DNA from: Basidiobolus meristosporus CBS 931.73
Taxonomy: Eukaryota; Fungi; Basidiobolomycota
Assembly: GCA_002104905.1 (NCBI GenBank)
Contig: MCFE01000463.1
Location: 6,971 to 70,970 of the forward strand
Direction: 5' to 3'
Length of the DNA stretch: 64,000 nt
Shown here: positions 1 through 11,349 of the stretch, one piece after another
Layout of the letters: every line of letters begins with the position of its first letter
Position numbering within the stretch: position 1 is the first letter of the stretch
Notes under the pieces: model-generated
What the model saw: only the letters and a program-made list of their open reading frames with translations
Databases searched by the model: none
What the model was told of the DNA's origin: nothing
Made by a program: the position numbers and the translations under genes

Positions 1-680
1 TATTTTTAGTACGCAAAGACATGATTGGTTGTCTACTACCTTCTGGAAACTTCCGGAAAGTATTTTCTAGCAAGAATTTGAGCAGCAAAAAAGTATATAA
101 GGGAGGCTATCCCTTAAAATAAATGATCCCTCTTCCAATATTCCAACTTATTGATTAGTGAGATCACCGCTACCTATTACCACTATTTTCTGACTCAGAC
201 CTGACAACACTCCCAGGAAACCACGCTGACAGCCAACTGACCTTGGAGGCACTACTTGTGAGGAATACTCAGAGTAGGTATATTTTATTATATTGTTTGT
301 TTTCCCAAGTTTGTTCTTGTACAGGTAAAGATACTTTTCAGTCTTTGTAACTATTGGTCAAAGCTGCATTCTTATCAAGTCCCTGTTGGTGGAGTTTACA
401 GTTGTTTTGACTTTGGAAGCTTTAGTACATTGTCATCTCAAAGGATGTTGAAGCCATTATAAACTTTTGTTAAGACGCCAACTAAGTTGGGGATTGTAGT
501 TCAATAGTTTTCCCTTGACAAGCTTGAGGCTTTATCCCCCATCACATTAGATTAGACAAAAGACCCAGTATTCCTAGCAAGCTTTTGCCAGAGGTTATTG
601 CACCCAGTGAACACCCCACACACATTTACACTTGAGAAGTGTTGGCCATATTTTGCCCTTTGGACTTATACACCACCACA
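1..680 (+). repeat. Family A gypsy LTR, 3' part, cut by the window start
   Basis: Colinear with the LTR at 59426-60496 (TATA-like gtatataag, then aataaa, ...ggacttatacaccaccaca end). It is inserted in ORF1 of the DDE_Tnp_4 transposon and followed by gcat. Confidence 0.9.
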
Positions 681-828
681 GCATTCTTTTACTTGCCAAG
701 GGCTCCAGTGGTTGAGGCACTTCATGTTGGTCATCATCAGTCAGTTCACCAGAAGTAACTCACTGATGGTCAGGCAAAACGGCATGCGCAGGCGCGCCTT
801 GACACGTTGAGATGGCCCTTGGCTGAGT

Positions 829-1595
829 TCAATGTGATGCTGCATGTTGATGCAACTCAGTCCGCTCCAATAGACTTGTGTCTAAATGAGCAGTTTGGCA
901 AGTTCTTGTAGTTTTGCTCTGAAGCACGCGCGTTGACTCAATGCGGGGCATTCTGGCAAAGGGTGTTGGCGTGGTCTGGACTGACGTGCGCTGGCACGCT
1001 TTAGTTGCAAGAGATGGTAGGGAATCTAGCAAGGCGTGCTGGCACAATCTGGACAATGTTGCTTGCGGTCTGTATTCTTCCTCCTGAAGCTCACCATCTG
1101 ATTCCTCAAGGTATTCACTTACCCTCTGTCTGATACTTTGGAGCTGTTGCCTGGATGCATCCTGTGTATATTGCTCTTGGAAGCCACTTAGCTCTACTAA
1201 TATATCACATAGTACATTAGTCATTTGAGGCAAAAACACATTCAAAATCTCTTTGGTTCCAAAAGTTGAAGCACAAACGGGCGTGTCTGGCCCGTACTGT
1301 GCAAATTGCGCGCAAAATTGTTCCCGCACGGCTTCTTTGTCGAATCCCCTCACTCTCAGCTCATTCTTGATTTCAATACTTGTCTTGTTATATATCTTCT
1401 TACATACATTAGCTGGCATCTTGATGTAGAACTCATGCCACAGCTTTCTACTCAAATTCTTCCATCTTTGTCAACTCTCTGAGGTATCTAGTTCTGCTAG
1501 ATTAATCAGTAGTGCCCAAATATCTGTATGAAGGCTCATTATAGACATTTAGGCCACACTAAAATCATTTGGTAAGAACTTGAACGGATCCAACA
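829..1595 (-). pseudogene. PHIS element partner ORF1, unknown function (open 829-1455; N-terminus reached through a frameshift or stop)
   Basis: 208-aa open frame (SRKLWHEFYIKMP...). The same protein is encoded at 45326-45570 (-) and about 19800-20560 (+). No domain recognised. Confidence 0.6.
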
Positions 1596-1904
1596 TTGAC
1601 TTTTCCGGACTGGCAGTATATTGGCATCAACCTGGTCTTATATAAAATATATACAAAAACTAGTGTGATTGTTGAATTTTCCATATATTATGATTGATGC
1701 ATCTTGGATTGCGTTGACACGGATTGGATCACATCAATTGCAGATTTCCTATTTGATTATAGACCTATGATTAAAGCATCAAGAAAAGTACCAAGGCATT
1801 GTTTGCGGATGAATTTTGCAACATAGTGATGGGATACATGGCAATCAATGGCGATTTAACCATAATGTATTAAAAATCAGATAAATAACTCAGATTGTGC
1901 TGAA

Positions 1905-2830
1905 TTGAGTCAAACCGCCTCCATACAATCATCCACCAATTTTATTATGACTTACTCATCTGAATGGTCTTTTCTCATCAATCCCATCACTACCACTGGA
2001 TTTCCTTTTGACACACTAGAGGAGATCTATTCCAAGTACTGTGGACCATCAACCCCAATCTTCTCAGGGACATCCCTTGTTAAGCTTCTCTGCTATTACA
2101 AGAACTATTACCCACAAGGTTTCATCCCACCATCCATGGCAACAAAAGTCCTGGAAGCTTTCATTCCCAGCTGACAGCAATGGAGAACCACCTTGCAGAG
2201 GGTATGAATGACTTAGAGCAAGCTTGGAATACTAGGTTCAGAAGCTCCAATAGACTTCCATATCCCAGAGTGTTCAGCAACAGGTTCCATATCAGGAGTA
2301 TTTTGGATACCTTCCCAGTGAGGATTAACAGACCTTCTAGAGGGCAGAGGCACTTTTATTCTGGCAAGTACAAGGCACACTGTGTGAAGTTTCAAGCACT
2401 GTCTGACATTGAGGGTAACATCATCTGGTTTAGTGGGCCATTTGCTGGAAGTAGGCATGACAAAGCACTCTGGGTAGAGAATCATCCTGAACTCAGTAGA
2501 GGGGAGAAATGTATGGCAGACTTAACTTATATAGGAGAGGATTGTCAGAAATTCGGATGTATTACAGCTTATAGGAAGCCAAGGAATGGTGTGCTTAGCA
2601 GGAAGCAGAAGCTCTACAATGAGATATTTAATCATTTCAGAGTGAGGGTAGAGCACACATTTGGATATCTGAAGAGATTCAGCATATTTGCAGGTAAATA
2701 CAGAGGAAAGTCATATATAGGTGAAAACAGCAGAATAGGTAAAATAGTTAAGATACTTATTAATGCACAGTATGTGCATACAAGAAGACATCCACTGAGA
2801 GAAATGTGTCTGGAGCATTATGAAGAGTAA
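1905..2830 (+). CDS. DDE_Tnp_4 (IS5/ISL2/Harbinger-type) transposase, split into two frames near 2174
   Basis: Motifs ILDTFPVRINRP, FYSGKYKAHCVKFQ, SGPFAGSRHD, MADLTYIG and RVRVEHTFGYLKRF match the DDE_Tnp_4 catalytic core. The 1905-2174 frame is shifted by one base relative to 2180-2830 (frameshift or intron). Confidence 0.85.
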
Positions 2831-3016
2831 GTAAAGCAAGGAAAGAACTATTCTGAGCAACATAAGTAAGATTGAGCAAAATTACCAGTAATTGTATCAT
2901 ACCACTGGCATCATGGTAGAAATTATAGTGCCAGATATTGCCGTAGAGTGCCAGATCAGTCTGGCACCATAAACTGGCTGGCACTATGTGGCACTATCCA
3001 ACGGAACAAGTCTATT

Positions 3017-4049
3017 CCTTCTCCCTGCTGGATTTTAGTCCCCTTATATGTGCACTCTGGCTTTTGTGTATGTGAACTCTTTATTGAATGGTATAGAAGT
3101 TGGCTTATGACCATGAGAAATCTGGCATATATTGGTAGAGTTCTCCTTATAAAAATTAGTTGCTTGTTGCACCCAACCCAACCTTGCATTACATAACTGA
3201 TTGCCCACATATTGGGGCTGCTTAGCTTCTTAATGCCATAGGCATAGGTGTCTCCATGTGCACATTTGTCCTCAGTATTTTCCAACCCTGTCTGGCTGTC
3301 CTCCATGTGCCAACCTATTGCATCCATGACAGACTTGAAGGTAATATTCTTGATGAGATTGGGATATGGTAGTACCTGCAACTTGACTCATCTTGCTATC
3401 TCCCCACACACCTACTACATAGGAAACTCCTAAAAGGTGAAGCAAGGCCCAATATTCTCCACACACTGTGCAAGATGGAGTAGAGAATGGATACAGTAGT
3501 GGCAGAGATCTATGCATTCAGCTTCATGTTTGTAGTATAGCTGCTCAAATCCCATCACAAACTCCTCACACAACAGCTGTAGATGTGTCAAGTTGGCATT
3601 GGTGATCTGCTGCTGAATAAATATTCCTACAATGTCCACATATGACTCCCAATGCTTCCAATGTACTCTTGGTAGGAATGGCTACAGAACACCACTGGAA
3701 TAAATACATATCCAGTTCATCCAGTCTTTGCATTTGTATTGTTGCATATGCGTATGAATATTAATTGGAACCTGTGAGAAGTACTTAGGGTAATGGATAC
3801 TCTGTAACAGACTTGTTCCATTGTGCCATTTATCATAGTGCCAGAAAGTGCTGTATATTTTGTTATTGATTTGATACTTTAAGGTCATATGCATGTTAAA
3901 TTTGATCCCAAATTGGTACTGTATGGCACCATCTAGCACTCTGTGGCATGATCAGGCACCATCTGGCATGCTATGGCACTATTGGGCACTATGATCAGAT
4001 GAAATGATGGAACAAGTCCAATATCTTGCCAATTCTTTCAGATTTCTAC
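3017..4049 (-). pseudogene. CACTA/EnSpm (tnp2-like) transposase fragment
   Basis: Reads ...CHYCIHSLLHLAQCVENIGPCFTF*EFP, the LLHL...GP...FP.ER motif of CACTA transposases. Homologous to 24840-25898 and 46935-47730. Confidence 0.7.
3809..4019. mobile_element. Short MITE (211 bp) with PHIS TIRs
   Basis: agacttgttcc...ggaacaagtcc; flanks aac/aat. An empty paralogous site tctgtaatatcttgcc lies near 47175-47190. Confidence 0.8.
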
Positions 4050-4986
4050 TGTCATGATCACATGACAACCATGAACACCCATGCCAAGTTTCAGCTTCCT
4101 AGCTCTATTTCTAAGAGATACCTTCTGGAACCTTCTACCACCTTCCAGAAAGCTCCTGACCATTCCAAACCATTGTTACACAACAAAACATTCCATGGAA
4201 GCTTCCCATTGTATTTTCATAGTCCAGCACCATATATGGAAATACCAGGTCACATGACTTAGTCACATGATCAGCCATTGGGCCTCACCATTGCCCCTGC
4301 TGTGTTTCAACACCTCATGAGTGAAATATTCTGTGAGCACCTTGACCAGTATGTGGTAATCTACCTTGATGATATTCTCATATACTCCCAAAGCCAAGAT
4401 AAACATGATGAACATGTCAAGAAAGTATTGAGAAAACTAGACTCTGCCGGTCTCTATGCCAAGCTAGAGAAGTGTAAATTTGACTAGAGAGAAGTGGAAT
4501 TTCTTGGTTACCTCATCAGCCCTGAGGGAACAAGAATGGACCCAAAGAAAGTTGACTCAGTCCAATCCTGGAAAACTCCAAGTTCAGTCAAGGAAGTACA
4601 ATCCTTCCTGGGATTTGCCAACTTCTATTGCAGGTTCATAGCCAACTACTCCAAGATAGTCACCCCTCTGACAAAGCTTATCCAGAAGAACACACCTTTT
4701 GCCTGGAATGAGGAGCAATCCACCTCATTCAATCAACTCAAAAAATCTTTCCTGAAGGCCCCTTGTTTGCCCACCCTGACCTTGAGAAGCAACTCATAGT
4801 GGAGACTGATGCTTCTGATTTTGCCCTTGGTGCTATACTCTCCCAGTATTATGAAGACAATGTGTTGCACCCCATTGCATTCTACACTTGGAAGTTTTCC
4901 CCTGCGGAGAACAACTATGATATATATGATAAGGAGTTGCTTGCCATCATTGTAGCCTTTGAGCAATGGAGACACTACCTGGATGG

Positions 4987-5789
4987 TGTGGTGGTGTAGA
5001 GGTACTCCTGGGAGAAGCTACACAACTCAAGGTGTGTGAGGTGTTTGATGGGTGCAATAACCTCTGTGTCTAGACTGCCGGTGTCTTTGTCAATATGTCA
5101 CTATGGTAAAAGCTCCTGCTTCTCTAGCTTCCTAGGTGCTCCAAGTGTCTCCAAAGGCCTCTGTGTGTCTTGTGCACAGCCCTGAAAAGCTCCTTGATGG
5201 CAGGTCTGAGATGTACTGTTGAAGGCAGGTGCAGTGATCTACTGCTAATCAATAAGGTAGAAGTGTTACTGATAGAAGGGATGATTAATTGATGAGGGAT
5301 TGCTTTCCCTCAAATACTTTTCCTGATTGCCAAGTGATTACTAATGACAAGGTTCTAGAAAATTCTAGGCATCAGTGGAATTCTTGATGACATCACTATG
5401 AGCTAAAAATAAGGCAAGAATGTCCTGGAAGGTTCTAAAGGGTACAGCACATCCAACCAATCAGGAATCAGTAGTCTGAAACCTGTGCAACATAGAAATA
5501 CCATACATGGTATTGAAATGGTAGGGATGGTAAAACAAACCTAGGTCATGTGTCATAGGTACTGACACAGGTACTTGCCTTATGTAGGTACATTTAATAA
5601 TCACAAAGCTGAATAACATCTGGATAATTAATGCTAATAACTAATCAAGGTCAACATCATATGGGGATAATACTGATAATATGGGCAAAAGAAGAATGGG
5701 ATAATACTGATAAGATAAAATACGGATAAGTATATCATAATGACTATATGAATAAACTTGTCTGTGGGAGGTATGTTTACCCTACCACA
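4987..5789 (-). repeat. Solo LTR of family B
   Basis: 803 bp, nearly identical to 54862-55665; tgtggtggtg...ctaccaca ends; flanks atgg/gtgg (4-bp TSD with one mismatch). Confidence 0.92.
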
Positions 5790-6615
5790 GTGGTGCAAAA
5801 CACAAAATCAAAGTCTTCTGTGACCATAAGAACCTCAAGTACTTTGCAACTTCCAAAGTACTAAACCAGAGACAAGCCAGATGGTCACTCTTCCTGTCCA
5901 ACTTTGACTTTACTATCACCTGTAGACCTGGTGCAAAGCAAGGAAAGCCTGATGCCCTGTCCAGAAAAAAGGAATATGCCCTGGAAGAGGGAGGTGAAGC
6001 CTGTTGGCAAATGGAACACCCATTGCTGAGCAAGAAATATTTTGAGATTCTTGCCACCTAGTCCTCAAGTCTTGTCATCCCTTCATTCCTAGTAAGGATA
6101 TCAGAATCCCAGGCCTCTGATATGACTTCCAACACCGTCAAGAAATATCTGGAATCCCCAGTTTGGCCCCCTCTCAAGTTCCCAAACACCCAGAACCTGC
6201 ATTTGGTAAACAACCTCATTTACCACAAGCAGCAGCTTCATGTCCTAGACCTTGCCACCCAGCTAGATATCATTAAGTCTTGGCATGATTCAATGGCTGC
6301 AGGCCACTTTGGTACTGCCAAAACCTTGAATGCTATCAAAAGAGATTTCTGGTGGCCTAGAATGACAACTCTTATCAAAGAATACATTCTGACTTGTGAT
6401 ATTTGCAACCGTGCAAAACCAGCCAGACACCAGCCCTATGGACATCTTCAGCCCTTGCATATCCCAGAACACCAATCACGATCTATCTCTATGGACTTCA
6501 TTACTGACCTCCCTGAGTCCTGTGGCTTCAATGCTCTACTTCTAGTAGCTGACTGGCTGACCAAGATGGCTCACTTTATCCCTTGCTGTAAGCACACTGA
6601 TGCAAAAGAAACCGC

Positions 6616-7686
6616 TGTGGTGGTGTATAGGTCCAAGGGAGAGATACATCCAACACTTCTCAAGTGTTTTGTGTGTGGGGTGTTCACTGGGTGCAATAAC
6701 CTCTGGCAAAAGCTTGCTAGGAACACTTGGGTTCTGTCTCTAATCTAATGTGAAGGGGAATAAAGCCACAAGCTTGTAAAGGGAAAACTATTGAGCTATA
6801 ATCCCCAACTTAGTTGGTGTCTTAACAAAAGTATGTGCTGGGTTCAGCATCCTTTGAGATGACAATGTACTAAAGCTTCCAAAGTCAAAACAACTGTAAA
6901 CTCCACCAACAGGGACTTGATAAGAATGCAGCTGTGGTCAATAGTTACAAAGACAGAAAAGTATCTTTGCCTGTACAAGAACAAACTTGGGAAAGAATCA
7001 AATATAATAAAAGATACCTACTCTGAGTATTCCTCCCAAGTAGTGCCTCCAAGGTCAGTTGGCTGTCAGCGCGGTTTCCTGGGAGTGTCCTGTGGACTAG
7101 GGTTGGAGGTTCACATAGCAGCAGGTAGCAGTGATCACACTAATCAACAAGTTGGTATATTGATAAAAGGGATGATGATTTATTGTTGAGGGATAGCCTC
7201 CCTGATATACTTTTCTTACTGGCTAAGTGATTACTAATCATGGTGTTCCAGAAGGTTCCAGATATCAATAGAAATCTCAATGACATCAGAATGACCTAAG
7301 AATGTTCTAAGTAGGTGCCGGAAGGTTCTCAGAGGCACAGCACATCCAACCAATCAGGAATCAGAATTCTGAAACCTGTGTAACATGAGGATACCATATA
7401 TGATATGGAAAGGGTAGAGATGGTGACATGGGTTGATCATGTATCACGGGTACTGGCACGGATACTTGCCTAATATAGAAGTACTTATAGCTAGTAATCT
7501 TACATAAAGTGAGTGGTAACTTATGCAATAAGGTAAGCAGGTGTGATAGTCAACTGGCTTATGGGATAGTACTGATTGGGTAAGACAAATGGGATAAAAC
7601 TAAAATCAGTGTAGTAGAGATATAGGGAAGTAGAAAATAAGGCAATGAGCACATCTGTCAGTGGGTGTCACTGTCACCCCACTACA
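6616..7686 (-). repeat. Solo LTR of family A
   Basis: 1071 bp; tgtggtggtg...ccccactaca; perfect TSD ccgc (6612-6615 and 7687-7690); interrupts the chromovirus integrase. Confidence 0.95.
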
Positions 7687-8647
7687 CCGCTGCATTAGTC
7701 CTCAAAAATATTTTCCACCTTCATGGTATCCCCAGTGATATTGTGTCAGATAGAGGCCCACAGTTTGTGTCCAAGTCTTAGAAACACTTCATGCAATACC
7801 TTGGTGTTCAAGTCAAGCTCTCTGCTGCCTTCCATCCTCAATCTGATGGCCAGACTGAAAGTATTACCAGATTCTAGAGCAATACCTTTGGTGCTATATC
7901 AATTACCAGCAAGACAATTGGGTTGATCTACTCCCTGTTGCCAAGTTTGCCTACAACAACTCAAGCCATGGTGCAACCGGTTTTACACCATTCTATGCAA
8001 ACTATGGATTCCACCTTCACTCTGATATCCAGATTCCAACAAACACAATGAGCTCACATGCAGCTGAACATGCCCAAGCAATCCAGGACATCCGGAATAC
8101 CCTCAAGGAAGAGCTATCCTTAGCTCAGGAAAGCTACAAGAAATTTGCCAATCTAAAACAGCATCCCAGCCCTGATCTTAATGAAGGAGATTCTGTATGG
8201 TTGCTCAGAAGAAACATCAGCACCAACCACCCTTGTGACAAATTGGATTTCAAGAAACTTGTTCCCTTCAAGATCAAGAAGAAGCTTAGCCCTATAGTAT
8301 ATCAGCTATAGTTACCAGCAAGTATGAAAATCCATGATACTTTCCATATGTCCTTCCTGGAGCCATATTGCAGGAACACCTTGCCAAACTGGCAAGAAGC
8401 AAAGCCCCAAGCCATCCAGGTTGACCAACATCAAGAGTTTGGAGTTTAACAGATTCTAGACTCCAAGTATATCTGGTCAAAGCTGTACTACTTAGCAGAC
8501 TGGATTGGTTATGGTCCAAGTGACCAAATATGGGAACCAGCTACCCATCTCACTAATTGTCAAGAACTGGTTACCCAGTTCCACAAGCAATATCCTGCAA
8601 AACCTGCCCAAAAGGGAAACAGAGCTTTGCCTGCAAGAGGAGAATAG

Positions 8648-9157
8648 TGTCATGATCACATGACAACCATGAACACCCATGCCAACTTTCAGCTTCCTAG
8701 CTCAAGTTCTAAGAGATTCCTTCTGGAACCTTTTACCACCTTCCAGAAAGTTCCTGACCATTCCAAACCATTGTTACACAAAGGAGCATTCCATTGAAGC
8801 TTCCCATTGTAGCTTTCTTATCCAGTACCGTATATGGAAGTACCAGGTCACATGACTTAGTCACATGACCAGGTGACCAAATCCACTTCCCCATCCTGTC
8901 TCAGAGCCTTGCCTTCTATATTAATATCCCCAGCACTGCTGCTGTGCCTCACCCCACAACCCCATTAGTATTAGCTAATATCTCTTGGCATCAGTATAGC
9001 CAAAAAGTATATATAGCCCTATCCCCCATTAGGTATTCCTCAGTCTGATAAACACAGGTCTTGAATAAACAGCCTTGCCTTGTTGATCCACACCTAAGTC
9101 CTTTCCTGGTCCTGCCTTGCCTATCCCTACTCTCCTGCCTTGTGTCTATTCATAACA
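8648..9157 (+). repeat. Chromovirus 3' LTR (510 bp)
   Basis: tgtcatg...cataaca, preceded by the purine tract aagaggagaatag; its first ~225 bp match 4050-4274. Confidence 0.88.
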
Positions 9158-9409
9158 GGAGCATTATACAGAACTAGTTATAGGCCGCCATACTGCTGCT
9201 GTAATGCCATCATAATCTTGCTTTGAGGCCATTGAAATACTGTCAAGATTTTTGCTATATAAGGTGATTGGATGTCCTGGCTTGTTGAATCTATTTAAAT
9301 TAGTTGTAGAGCGCAATAAGACAGCAACAATGCCATGCAATCTTTGTCTTTTCAAGCCCCCCTGGCCCCTTTATGGGGCCCCCCAAAAACTGGTGGGGGC
9401 CACCCCTTT

Positions 9410-10785
9410 GCCCCTATACTATAAGCCAGATAGAGCAAATTCAGTTCTACTAGCTCTATATGTGGATGATCTTATTATAGCCACCAATAACCTAGCAACA
9501 TTGGAAGAGACTAAATACAGCCTATCTAAGGAGTTCAAGATGTCCAATATAGGAGAACTCAGTTAATACTTAGGGACTGAGTTCTCCATAGACAGAAGTA
9601 CCCAGACTATCACTCTAAGCCAATCCAAGTATATTCCAGATATACTAAAGAAGTACCTTACGGAAGACTGCTAACTGGCAGCTACCACAATGGAGACAAA
9701 CATGAACTTAGTCAAAACTCCACCAAATCAACAGAGCTTGATTCCATCTGCAAGCCCTGACTCTCCTTATCAGTCCTTGGTGGCCAGTATGATATACACA
9801 ATGCTTGGAACATGTCAAGATATCTCATATTCAGTAGGAGTTGTCAGCTAACATAATCAGAACTATGGATCTGATCATATTGCAGCAGTTAAGCAGATTT
9901 TTAGATACCTAAAAGGAACTGCCAATATCTGCGTAAGATACACTCATAAGGATTCAGAACAGGATCTTGTGGGATACTCTCATGCTGATTGGGGACAAAA
10001 CTTGGAAGACAGAATATCCACCACAGGATACACCTTTCTTTACCATGAAGGAGCAATATCATGGAACTCAAGAAAGCAACCAACTGTAGCACTTTCTACC
10101 ACAGAGGCAGAGTATATGGCAGCCTGTGAATCTACAAAAAAAGCAATATGGTTATGAAAGCTTTTTATAGATTTAGGCCTATATCAAATAATGCCTATAA
10201 CTTTATTTCAAGACAATCAGCAATGCATACAATTATGTAGAAATCCAACTTTTCATGCTAGAACTAAACACATAGATATTAGACATCATTTCATATGTGA
10301 AGCTATAGCAAGTAACTAAGTTAGCTTAGCTTAATGTCCTTCAGCTGAAATGACTGCAGACATATTTACCAAACTATTAGCTAGAGACAAACTTGATATA
10401 TTAGGCCAGAATTAGGACTAGGTAGTATGAACACTTGGCTGAGTGGGAGTGTTGTAAAAACTCAAAATTCCACCTAAATACTCACCTAACTTAGTCACTT
10501 AGATCCTAGAGAATACTGACCAAATTTCTTGTTGGGATTTACCTTGAGAATTTTCATGTTCTGGGTACCAAATATTTTGGTGAAAATATTCTAAGTTCTC
10601 CAAACAGCCCCAAACTCTGCACACATGCTCTTGGGACCCTCCTTAGCATATTTTACATGTTTGCAATGCCAAGACCTTGTAAAAGTATAAATATTGCTTT
10701 CACATTCAATAAATTATTAAGTGAAAGCCACATACTCTACTTGTCCTTCCAAATCACTTCCAATATCTCCAAGACTCTTACAACA
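9410..10785 (+). mobile_element. Decayed copia family E 3' fragment (RT end, RNase H, PPT, LTR 10450-10785)
   Basis: LYVDDLII, ADWGQ...RISTTGY, STTEAEYMAA; PPT gagtgggag followed by tgttgtaaaa...cttacaaca. Confidence 0.85.
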
Positions 10786-10829
10786 TATAAATATAGTGTT
10801 TTTACTTACTCATGGTCCTGGTGTAACAG

Positions 10830-11349
10830 AGATCTGCAATATATCCAAAAAGCTCTTTGATGAATATGTACATGATTTGGGCCTGGTTGGATGACTGTCA
10901 GATTTTCATGTACTTGCACCAGATGTTTTGGTGAAGATATTTGAAGTAAACTCTCACACAGAGCCAGACCAGAGTTCTTTAGAATTTGCAGGCAATGATC
11001 TTGGCAACAAGATTGTTGCCAGAGTTTTGGAGATATTGTAAGTGATTGGAGGAACAAGTGGACTATGTAGTTCTTGCCTAGTGATTTATTAAATGTGCAA
11101 GGAGTATTTGTATTGTTACATGGTGTTGGCTAATGCAAAAATACATAAGATATGACCAGAAAGATTGCAGAACAAGAGGGGCAATGTTTTGTGCTGTCTA
11201 GATAACCTTGAAAAACTTCATTCCTGGATACCTGATGTTTTGGGGGAAATATTTCAATTCCTCTTGAGAGAGAATTAGGTCAGAGTTCTCTAAGATTTCA
11301 AGGTTATGATTTAAAGGACTAAGTTAGGTGATTATTTAGGTGTATTACA
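10830..11349 (-). repeat. Degenerate copia E LTR remnants, about two copies
   Basis: Blocks such as ttggagatattg.aagtgattgg and ttaggtg.ttatttagg match the reverse complement of LTR E. Confidence 0.55.

Larger units (their letters stand above)
681..3013 (+). mobile_element. PIF/Harbinger-ISL2EU-like (PHIS) DNA transposon, copy 1; left part is beyond the LTR insertion
   Basis: Right TIR ...gtggcactatccaacggaacaagtct ends at 3013, followed by att. It contains a DDE_Tnp_4 transposase and a divergent second ORF, and is homologous to copies at 19071-21290 and 44639-46930. Confidence 0.8.
4278..8640 (+). pseudogene. pol: Chromovirus pol (RT-RH-IN-chromodomain) with stops and insertions
   Basis: ORF fragments 4278-4999, 6122-6615 and 8048-8311. 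Reading continues across the insertions (YLDG|[14 protein letters not shown]; ETA|[12 protein letters not shown]). The chromodomain QILDSK..KLYYLADWIGYGPSDQIWEPATHL is at about 8435-8600. Confidence 0.88.
4050..9157 (+). mobile_element. Decayed Ty3/gypsy chromovirus (family C) with internal deletion and two nested solo LTRs
   Basis: Partial 5' LTR 4050-4274 joined to RT (GLTIAPAVFQ, YLDDILIYS), RNase H (ETDASDFALGA), integrase (SMDFIT, SDRGPQF) and chromodomain; 3' LTR 8648-9157. No matching TSD. Confidence 0.9.

Noticed and set aside
6917-7189. A 90-aa ORF (MIRMQLWSIVTK...) repeated at 43192-43464 and 59923-60195
   Set aside because: It is antisense within near-identical A LTRs, so recurrence reflects DNA identity. 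It is not open in the other LTR copies and has no recognisable domain.
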